From contig JAUJPG010000033.1 in NCBI GenBank assembly GCA_030447245.1, forward strand, positions 1-62,822: DNA of 62,822 bases. The letters run 5' to 3'. This DNA comes from Chloroflexota bacterium. Lineage in GTDB: Bacteria; Chloroflexota; UBA6077; JACCZL01. A model generated the notes under the pieces. The model saw nothing but the letters and a program-made list of their open reading frames with translations, ran no database searches and was not told the DNA's origin. The position numbers were made by a program, and so were the translations under genes. The stretch's first letter is position 1. Every line of letters starts with the position of its first letter. Positions 49,400-58,059 of the stretch are shown here, one piece after another.

Positions 49400-52375
49400 T
49401 CCGGTGGTCGTGGCGTATTAGCGATAATGAATTCTCGCTCTTGTCATGGCGCGCGTCCCGACTCGCCCGTCGAAGGGCCGCACGTGCGTTGCCCCTCCTC
49501 TTGAGCACACTTCGACCGCTGCCTCGTGACGTGCAGCTCCTGTAAACGCGGCAACCTGGCGGCATCGCGGCCTCGGTGACCGTACTCAGACGCAGCCCCA
49601 GCCATCATCAGGCCGCAGCTGTTGCAGGATCATGGTGGCGACTCGACCGAACTGGCAGGCTTGCTCGCACAAGGGCATGGCTACCGCCAATCAGCACGCT
49701 ACGCTCGGCGATGCGCTGGCGGAACAACGGAACATGGCAAGGTCGATAATCCCAAGTTCCGGGCGCGCATCCAGCTACCCCTGGAGTGGCGTCATCGCGG
49801 TATACAACGCGAACGCTGACCAGCGGAACTGCCAGCGGCCTGTTTGAGCTGCCGTCTCGCATGCGCGTCGCTCCGGCGGCGCTCCGCCTCCTCGTAGTGA
49901 CGCCTCTGCTGAGGAATCCAGACGCGTGAGCCCAAACGCGGCAACACACGCGATGGAACTGATGGAAGCTGCTGGCGATGGCAATCAATATACCTCTACG
50001 CCCTGACAAAGGAGCTGAAATCTACGCAATGCATAACCACTGCGCGCATTTCGCCCGGCGCGATCAATGAACGTCGCTGTGACCGGGGCAACTGGTCGAC
50101 TACGGCGGCAGTATCTATGGCCGCCATGGCGTTCATTGCCGCGAATCGCATTAAGCAGACCTGCTTCGCTCGGTCAGATCAACCGGCGAACGACCTGTCG
50201 ATCTGGCCGACCTGGAGGACGTACGCCTGTGCGGGTTGGCGTCGCAAGTGCCGTCATGGCTGTCACCAGGCCGATGCGCCCCTGGCGACCGTCGCCGGGC
50301 GAGGAACAAGAGCCACGCGGGGGCTCGGGGGCGGCTCTCACCCTCTCTAACGCCTCGGCATTGCGCTAGCGATGCTTCCATTGGCGTTAATGCCAACTCC
50401 TCGCGTAGCCAGCGCTGTCGAATTCCGACAATCAGCTGCTGGTGACCTCGTCTGCGTTCCGTTTTGTCGTGTCGCGCTGGCATGACTGCTGGCGCATTCG
50501 CGACGGTTCGAGGACATCGCCTGCGCTGCGTCGATCGGGGAACTGTCGTGATGGCGCTCGACCCGCGGCTCTTGCGCTCGCGCCGTTCAGCTGGAAGCTG
50601 GCCGCGGCTGTGATATCCTGTGCGCCATACCACAGCGGCGTCCGCCGCCTCGGCATCGATCTCGTTCGAGGAGATCGCGCAGTAGTCCACATTTCGCGCG
50701 GCTCTCCTGCGATCTGGGCGAAATAAGCGCTACTCGGCAGGCGCGAGTATCGAGACTCGGCGCAGCGGCCTCATGAATACTAGTCGGCAGCGCTCCGGCA
50801 TCCCCTCGCCCGCAAGGTGGTCGTGGAACCGCCTTTATCGCAAACGCCCAGCGAAGTGACCGAAGATAACGCTGGCAATTCTGCGAATCGTCGATAACGC
50901 AACATCATGCTGCCGATCAGTACTGTACTGGACTGGCGGCGCGAACTGTGAACGCCACGTTCAGCAATACCGAACCCTGAACGCCCGGTGCGGCGTAACT
51001 GCAACGCAGCAATCACTGACTGTCCATATCGCTATCCAGACGGCTGACGGGTGATCGGGCGGCCTATGTCGGTACGCTTAAACAGCGTAGATAGGTCGGC
51101 CTGGCGCTGATTTCTTCGGGGTAACTACACCGCCCGCGTATCGTTGGCTACGTGGTCAGCACCTTTGAGACTATCGGCGCGACGCGCTTCTCGATGTGCA
51201 AGTGCCCCAACATGGAAGGCGCGCTCGGGCTATTGCGGCGCAGCCACTGTATGACACCGCGCAATTCCGCTGGGGAGTGCTGGCAGAGGCGGCGCTTGTC
51301 TTCTTGACGGCAATGAAAGGGCCTTCTACCTTGCTGCGCCAGCAGGCCGAGACCTTGGCGACCTCGATCTGAGTGGGCCGCCGAACGCGCACCGCCCTCA
51401 TTGATGCTCGTCTCATCTCCGAGCCTGGCAGCTGCTGCCGCCTTCCGTGGTACCAGATGCTCCCAGTAACCGACGCGCATGAAACGAATCGCCCGGCAGT
51501 AATCGACCTGAGCAAACGGTCGGTTCAGCGCTCGCCGACGATGGACGATGCAATAGCCTCGGTCGCTCAGCAGTCGCATCAGCAACGTAATAGTGAAGCA
51601 GACGTGGCGGATGGCAGCTGCTGTTCCGCCCAGGCGGCTATCTGCATCGCTCAGGACTACACCCTGAACGTAATGTAACATCGGCTTTAGACGCCGCGCG
51701 GCGGCGCAGCGGCAATGTCCCTGAAATCGTCGGCGCGGCGTATGGAACTGACGCTGCCTCAACGGCCAGCAACCTTGAGTGGCAACTCACTCAACGAAGA
51801 TGCTAACGCTCAGCAGATACTCGAACCTATCAACGCTGCGGGCTACCCGGCACAACGTGTACGCGCCAGACTCATATTGACGCCTATTAACTCTAACGAG
51901 CTGGCTTCGCCCAGATCCGAAATATTTCCCTTCTCGACGATCGCGGGACTATCGGCGAACCAACGCCCGGCATACGGCAGACGCTTGCAGCTCCTCCAGA
52001 TTTATGGCGAAGTCTGAATCCAGACGTAGTATGCGCCGACCGTCATTTGGAACAGCCGCCATCATGCCAGCATTCTACGGGCACGACCAGCAAATCACGG
52101 TCAACCCTGGCGGGCGTACTCCCGCATCGCTGCGTAGCGGCGTAGATCGCGATCCTCGCTATTCCAGCCGGATCGCAGGAACCTGAGCCTGCTGACTTCG
52201 CAACAGCAGACTCGTCGGCAATACGGCGGCGGCGGCGGGCTCGGGCTCGCCAACGCCGATCCATCGACTGCGCAGGCGAGACCCCATTCCCGCCTCGTCA
52301 GATGATGGATCGCCTCTACCGGCATCTGCGACGCTGGTGCTCGGACATAACCCTTCGAAGCGATCGTGGCCTAAC
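49400..52375 (+). repeat. Heavily degraded forward copy of ~42550-46820 (probable read artefact)
   Basis: Collinear islands matching fbpA, fbpB, fbpC and the sigma start (e.g. 'ttcttgacggcaatgaa', 'ttctacgggcacgaccagc', 'gaagcgatcgtggcc'); about 4.3 kb compressed to about 3 kb; no intact ORF. Confidence 0.85.
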
Positions 52376-52792
52376 GGCGTGCTCGGCCCCACAGCCGCCG
52401 ACGACGCCTGGTCGGAGACGTTCCTGGCCGCGATGCGGGCCTACCCGAGCCTCCGTCCTGAGAGCAACGTGGAGGCGTGGCTCGTCACGATCGCCCGCAG
52501 GAAGGCGATCGACCAGCTCCGCGCCGGCTCCCGAGGGGCGATCCCGATCGACGACCTGCCGGAAACGCCGAGCATGGATGGGGTGCCCGGTAGTTGGGAG
52601 TCCGACCTATGGGCCGCGCTCAAGGCCCTCCCGCTCAAGCAGCGCGAAACCGTCGCCTACCACTACCTCGCCGGCCTGCCGTACGCAGACGTCGCCAGAG
52701 TCCTGGGCGGGAGCCCGGAGGCGGCGAGGAGAGCGGCCGCCGACGGCATCGCCGCGCTACGCAGGACCTACCTGAAAGGAGAAGCCCGATGA
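52376..52792 (+). CDS. ECF sigma factor, regions 2-4 (5' end lies at 46752)
   Basis: 'ADDAWSETF', 'LKALPLKQRETVAYHYLAGLPYADVARVLG...AARR' region 4; repeats 46820-47015. Confidence 0.85.
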   Translation, partial: GVLGPTAADDAWSETFLAAMRAYPSLRPESNVEAWLVTIARRKAIDQLRAGSRGAIPIDDLPETPSMDGVPGSWESDLWAALKALPLKQRETVAYHYLAGLPYADVARVLGGSPEAARRAAADGIAALRRTYLKGEAR

Positions 52793-53415
52793 CGACCGCG
52801 CGCACAGCGCCGACCGACCACAGCGACCTGTTCGCCGCGCTGCCCGAGGTCGACGAAGAGGCCCAGCGCCGGCTGCACGCCCGCCTCGTCGCGGCCGCGA
52901 GCGAAGCCGCGATCCTCGACGTCGCCTACCGCACCATCGATACCCCGGTCGGCACGCTGCTCCTCGCCGCTACCGAGAAGGGTCTGGTTCGGGTGGCCTA
53001 CGCCCGCGAGGACCACGACATGGTGCTGGACCAGCTCGCGAACAGCATCAGCCCGCGGGTGCTGCGCGCTCCGGCCCGCCTGGACCTGGCCGCGAGAGAG
53101 ATCGAGGAGTACTTCGCCGGTCGGCGCAGCCTGTTCGACCTCCCGCTGGACTTCCAGCTCTCGCACGGCTTCCGTCGCACCGTCCTGTCTCAGCTGACCG
53201 AGATCGGCTACGGCAAGACCGCCAGCTACGCGGCCATCGCCGCGGCCACCGGCAACCCGAAGGCGGTGCGCGCCGTCGGGACGGCCTGCGCGACAAACCC
53301 CCTTCCGGTCGTCGTGCCCTGCCACCGCGTGGTGCGCAGCGACGGGACCGTCGGCCAGTACGTTGGCGGCGCCGATGCCAAGAAGACCCTGCTGACGCTG
53401 GAGGCCTCGGCATGA
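52789..53415 (+). CDS. ogt: Methylated-DNA--protein-cysteine methyltransferase with N-terminal extension
   Basis: 'TPVG.LLLAA', 'YFAG', 'SY..IA...GNPKAVRAVG.AC..NP', active site 'PCHRV'; ATGA overlap with the sigma gene. Confidence 0.93.
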   Translation: MTTARTAPTDHSDLFAALPEVDEEAQRRLHARLVAAASEAAILDVAYRTIDTPVGTLLLAATEKGLVRVAYAREDHDMVLDQLANSISPRVLRAPARLDLAAREIEEYFAGRRSLFDLPLDFQLSHGFRRTVLSQLTEIGYGKTASYAAIAAATGNPKAVRAVGTACATNPLPVVVPCHRVVRSDGTVGQYVGGADAKKTLLTLEASA

Positions 53416-54182
53416 GCACCGTGGCGAAGAAGGGCAACGCAGTGAAGGAGACAGACGAGACCGTGAATCTGACGGCGGACCCCGCCACCCGGGTGGGGCA
53501 GGTCGACTGGCCCGCCGTGGTGGAGGAGGTCAACGCCTACGGGTGCGCCCTGACGTCCCAGATCCTCAGCCCCGCCGAGTGCAAGCGCATCTCGGAGCTG
53601 TACGACGAGGCCGAGCACTTCCGGTCCACGATCGACATGGCGCGGTACCGGTTCGGATCCGGGCAGTACCGCTACTTCAAACGCCCGTTCCCCGAGCTGG
53701 TGGCGAATCTCCGCGAGGCGTTCTACCCGCGGCTGTTGCCGATCGCCCGGGACTGGGCAGAGAAGCTGGGCAAGCCCGCGCCGTGGCCAGACACGCTCGA
53801 CGAGTGGCTGACTATCTGCCACGCCGCTGGGCAGAACAAGCCGACCCCGATCCTGCTGCGCTACCACGAGAACGACTGGAACGCACTCCACCGCGACCTG
53901 TACGGAGAGCTCGTGTTCCCGCTGCAGGTCGTCATCGGCCTCGACGAGCCGGGAGTCGACCACACCGGCGGAGAGTTCCTGCTGGTCGAGCAGCGGCCGC
54001 GGGCCCAATCGCGTGGCACCTCGACGCTGCTGAAGCAGGGCCACGGGCTGGTCTTCACCACCCGCGACCGGCCGGTCGAGTCCACGCGCGGCTGGTCGGC
54101 CTCCCCGGTCCGCCACGGGATCAGCACGGTGCGCTCCGGGATCCGCCACACCCTCGGCCTCGTCTTCCACGACGCCGCCTGA
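53412..54182 (+). CDS. 2OG-Fe(II) oxygenase (DUF2086-like)
   Basis: 'FRS.I.M.R..FG.G.Y.YF', 'PTPILL.Y', 'LHRDLYGE.VFPLQ' (HxD), 'EQRPR.QSR', 'RHG', 'FHDA'. Confidence 0.88.
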   Translation: MSTVAKKGNAVKETDETVNLTADPATRVGQVDWPAVVEEVNAYGCALTSQILSPAECKRISELYDEAEHFRSTIDMARYRFGSGQYRYFKRPFPELVANLREAFYPRLLPIARDWAEKLGKPAPWPDTLDEWLTICHAAGQNKPTPILLRYHENDWNALHRDLYGELVFPLQVVIGLDEPGVDHTGGEFLLVEQRPRAQSRGTSTLLKQGHGLVFTTRDRPVESTRGWSASPVRHGISTVRSGIRHTLGLVFHDAA

Positions 54183-54472
54183 TGAGCGACGCACCTCAGG
54201 CCGCCGGCCAACAGGTGCGGACGTATACGCTGCTGGGACCCGACCGGCGCCCCCACCGCGGCGCCACGCCGGGAAGCTTTGGTGGGAACACGCGCCGCCG
54301 CGTGTACGGGCGGCTCGATTGCCCGGCCGCGCTGCGCGCGATCGGGCGCGGCGGGTACGTCGACAACCGCGTCTTCTTCGCGGACGAGGCCACGGCCGTC
54401 CAGGCTGGGTACCGGCCCTGCGCGGTGTGCCTACCCGCCGAGTACGCCACCTGGAAGGCGCGAGTCGAGTGA
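54182..54472 (+). CDS. Stand-alone Ada-type metal-binding domain protein
   Basis: 'YGRLDCP', 'RVFF.DE..A..AGYRPCAVC'; TGATG overlap with previous stop. Confidence 0.85.
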   Translation: MSDAPQAAGQQVRTYTLLGPDRRPHRGATPGSFGGNTRRRVYGRLDCPAALRAIGRGGYVDNRVFFADEATAVQAGYRPCAVCLPAEYATWKARVE

Positions 54473-54494
54473 TGGAATTCCTCAGGAGGGGCGG

Positions 54495-54967
54495 ATGAGC
54501 ATGCGTGCGGATCGGGTCGAGAAGCTTCTGACGAGACTTGAAACGGCGTGGGCAGCATTCAAGGAGTCGTACGCCGGTGTACCGGACTCGCGCTTGATGG
54601 AGCCAGGCGTCATGGGCGACTGGTCGGTGAAAGACATCCTCGCGCACGTGACCACCTGGGAGGAGGAGGCGCTGAAGCATCTGCCGCTGATCGTCGAGGG
54701 AGGCCGGCCGCCGCGGTACGTCACCTACGGCGGTATCGATGCGTTCAACGCTCGGATGACAGAGCAGAAGCGAGCCCTTTCGCTCTCCGACGTCCAGGCG
54801 CAGCTCGATGACACCCATCAGCGGCTCATCGACTTCTCCGGAACGCGCCCGAAGAACAGCTTGCGCAGGAGACTCGCTTCCGTCGTCGCCTACGGCTCGA
54901 TACGTACAGCCACTACCCGCAGCACGCCGAGGCGATCCAGGAATGGCGGGCGCGGTCAGCCGGATGA
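54495..54967 (+). CDS. DinB/ClbS-DfsB-like four-helix protein (frameshift at ~54838)
   Basis: 'WSVKDILAHVTTWE', then 'DTYSHYPQHA' in the shifted frame; AGGAGG RBS. Confidence 0.8.
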
Positions 54968-54980
54968 GGGAAACTTGGAC

Positions 54981-55050
54981 CTAAACCAAAGCTGGGAGCT
55001 ACATGGTCCACGAACGGAAGTATGTGGGTTTCGCCGTAGCTTTGGTGTAG
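54981..55050. repeat. 70-nt imperfect palindromic element, copy A
   Basis: CTAAACCAAAGC...ACATGGTCCACGAACGGAAGTATGTG...GCTTTGGTGTAG. Confidence 0.7.
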
Positions 55051-55181
55051 GAGGGGCCGGGTCACGGATACCGCGAACCACAACCAGGTGTGGCTTGGTG
55101 TGGTCGACAACTACTACGGCGTGTAGGTTCGAGGACCTGGGACGGACCTTCTTAGTACAACCCCACGGTGAAGACGCAGGG

Positions 55182-55433
55182 TGTCATCCCGAGCAGCTTG
55201 CCTGTGTCATCCCGAGCAGCTTCCTGTGTCATCGAGCAGCGCCCCTGTGTCATCCCGAGCAGCTTCCCTGTGTCATCCCGAGCAGCTTGCCTGTCATCCC
55301 GAGCGGCTTCCCTGTCATCCCGAGCAGCTTCCTGTCATCCCGAGCAGCTTGCCTGTCATCCCGAGCGCAGCGAGGGATCTCATGCTGACGGGAGTGTGAA
55401 CATGTGAGATCCCTCGTTGCGCTCGGGATGACA
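55182..55433. repeat. Tandem array of eight 20-23-bp TGTCATCCCGAGC-based units plus a REP/MITE-like hairpin
   Basis: Units start at 55182, 55205, 55227, 55248, 55271, 55292, 55313, 55333; 29-bp inverted arms at 55354-55382 and 55405-55433 with one mismatch. Confidence 0.92.
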
Positions 55434-55475
55434 ACTCAGTGGTCGGGGCTCCGTCAGCTTCAGTCTGGCGCCGTA

Positions 55476-55550
55476 CTACACCAACGCCACGCTGGCAACC
55501 ACATGGTCCAGCAACGGACGCATGTGAGTTTCACCTTGGCTTTGGTTTAG
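55476..55550. repeat. 75-nt imperfect palindromic element, copy B
   Basis: CTACACCAACGCCA...CACATGGTCCAGCAACGGACGCATGTG...TGGCTTTGGTTTAG; core is 500 bp downstream of copy A. Confidence 0.7.
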
Positions 55551-55623
55551 CAGGACATTGTCAGGCGGACGCCAAAACCAGGGCCGGCTTCGCGACCCAT
55601 GGAAGCAGCCCCGGCGCCTCGGG

Positions 55624-57180
55624 TCAGCCGAGCAGCGGCGAGCGCCCACGCAGGGTGGCGGTGTGGCGGCCGTCGTCGAGGACCAGCGCGCCGCCGACCA
55701 GCACGTGGGAGACCCCTCTGCCCAGCTCCAGCGGCCGCGCGTAGGTGCTGCGCGCTGATCTGGCGCTCGTCCCAGACGGCGAGGTCGGCCACCATGCGGC
55801 GCGGACCAGGCCCCGATCGGTCATACCGAGCCGCGATGCGCAGGCGGAGGTCATCTTGCGGACTGCCTCCTCGAGCGGCATGATTCGGCGCTCCCGCACG
55901 TAGTGGCCCAGGACGTGGGCGAACGACCCGTAGGTACGGGGGTGGCAGGCCGATCCCAAGCACAACCCATCGCTGCCGCTGGTCGCCAGTGGATGCGCTA
56001 ACACCCGGGTCGATAGATTCTTCGGAGCTGGTCGCTCGCTGATGTAGGAGACGGCAAGGTCCTCCTCGACCAACAGATCGCACAGCAGATCCGGAACCTC
56101 CTTGCCCAGCTCCTCGGCCGCCTGGACGGGCGACCATCCCTCCATCTTCGGTTCCGCTCCGTGGCGAACGCGGCGAGCGTGACCAGCGACCAGTCGGTGT
56201 CCGAGGCCGCCAACGCGTCGCGGATGCGCTCCCGCTGGCGGGGGTCGCGCAGCCCGGTCAAGCAGTCGACCGGGCCGCCAACGTGGGCCCAGTCGGGAAC
56301 AGGCCGCGAGAGCAGGCTGCTGCCGCGGTGTACGGATAGCTGTCGCGGGTAACGTCGACCCCGTCGGCCCCGGGCCTGGTCGAGCAGGCCGAGCACCTGG
56401 TTGCGTGAGCTGGCGCCCGAGTCGGTCGCCGCGCAGGTGCGAAATCTGGACGAACGCCGCTGCGCTGCCCGATCTCGAGCGCCTCACGGATCGGATCGAG
56501 CAGACGGTCGCCGCGATCGTTCCGCGTGCGTGACGTACATTCCCCCGCCGAGCGACGACCGAGCACAGCGCGACCAGCTCGTCGGTATCCGACCAGATGT
56601 TCAGGGTGTAGTCCAGGCCAGTCGCGAAGCCAGCGGCGCCGTCGGCCATGCCTTCGTCGACCAGCGCCTGCATCCGCTCCAGCTCGCGGCCCGGTCGCGC
56701 GTCGATCCTCCCCCCAAGCACTTCGGCTCGGACGGCGGCGTGCGGCACCAGGTAGACCACGTTGACCGAGACTTTCGATCGAAGCGCTCGAGGAACGACG
56801 CGACCGTGGTCAATCCCAGCCGGCCGGCGGTTGCCATTGCAGGCGGCGATGTGCTTGCGGAGCTGCTGGAGGGTCGCGGGCAGGCGGGGCATACGACAGG
56901 CCATCCCCTGCCCCAGCACGTCGGTGGTCACGCCCTGGAAGATCTTGGCCTCGTGTCGCGGCTCGGCCAGTAGCATGACGTCGGCGTGCGAGTGCATGTC
57001 GATGAAGGCCCCGGGGCTGATGATCCGGTCGGCGCAGTCGATCGTCCTCGCCGCCTCGGCATCGCCGACCCGGCCGACCGCGACGATCCGATCGCCGCTG
57101 ATGCCGACGTCGCCGCGGTACCGGGGGTTACCCGCTCCGTCGGCGATCCGCGCATTGCGCAACAGCAGGTCCTACGGACG
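55624..57180 (-). CDS. N-acyl-D-amino-acid deacylase (multiply frameshifted)
   Basis: 'NARIADG.G', 'FIDMHSHAD', 'QGVTT', 'ISHL', 'GSDG', 'HPRTYGSF..VLG.YVRE', 'EEAVRKMTS'. Confidence 0.8.
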
Positions 57181-57196
57181 CCCTCCTCCAATCGGT

Positions 57197-57822
57197 TCAG
57201 GCTGAGACGACGCTCGGCAGGTCGCCGAGGTCGCGCCGATCGAACAGCGGCGGCGGCCCTGCCGGGAACCCAGCAGCCCGCCCGATTCGACCAGTACGGC
57301 ATCCCCACGGCGTGGGCTTGGCGGGGACGTCGTGCGCCAGGCGGCGACGAACAGCACCCGCTCGGGCGGCAGGCCCAGGGCGGCCAGGCCAGCCAGTACG
57401 CGCGCGGTCGATCTTGTAGGCGCCGGCCCGCTCGGCGCTGACGATCGCCTCGAACGTGCCGCTCCTCGCCGCGGCGGCGATCTCGGCCAGGCGCTGGGAG
57501 GTGTTGGTCACGATTGCCAGTCGCCGACGACGCAGCCGCGCGAGCACGTGTCCGGCACATCGGGCCAGGGGCGGATCTCGCCCCAGCGGGCCACCAGCTC
57601 GGTGGCGTGCTCGGCAAGCTCTACCTCGAGGGCAGCGCGGCGCACCATCTCCTCGTACGGGACGTAGTCACCTTGCGCGGTGATCAGGCGCAACGAGGCC
57701 TGGCGCCAGGCGCGGCCCCGCTCGGCATCCCCAGCCACGGACGACCAGAGGGTCCACGAGTCGACGAGCGCGGTGAGCAGATCGAACGCGATCGCCTCGA
57801 TTGGACCGAGCGGTCGCGACAT
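57197..57822 (-). CDS. HAD-superfamily hydrolase, haloacid dehalogenase type II-like (frameshifted)
   Basis: 'AFDLLTALVDSW', 'Y.PYE', 'PWPDV', 'IVTN', 'AERAGAYK'. Confidence 0.75.
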
Positions 57823-58059
57823 CGGCACCTCCGCGCAGCGCACGAAGCCGGGCAGCAGGTCGGGGGCAGTCCTGGGTGGGGTGCGCCGCGGCTGTCAAGG
57901 GGGCGGCGCGTGGTGCTCGGGCCGCGGCCCGAGTGCGGGGGTGTTTTGGCGGGGCTCTGGTATACTCGCCGCCCGATTCGACGAGGCAGCCGCGCGAGGG
58001 GCGGGCGGCGCGGCGTCGGGTCACGAACGACGCCAGCAACTCGGCTGGCCGAGGAGACG

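Noticed and set aside
49400-52330. Novel lower-GC accessory ORFs (e.g. 51148..51762, 50151..50690, 51715..52017)
   Set aside because: The DNA is a garbled copy of 42.5-46.8 kb, so these ORFs are chance frames.
47050-52375. Real paralogous iron-transport pseudogenes or an invertible segment
   Set aside because: No recombinase or defined inversion sites; fold-back geometry and indel-dominated decay fit a read artefact.
55182-55353. CRISPR array
   Set aside because: Units are 20-23 bp and contiguous, with no unique spacers; no cas genes in the window.
54981-55550. Integron attC sites
   Set aside because: Ends do not fit RYYYAAC/GTTRRRY, there is no convincing cassette ORF between the copies, and no integrase.
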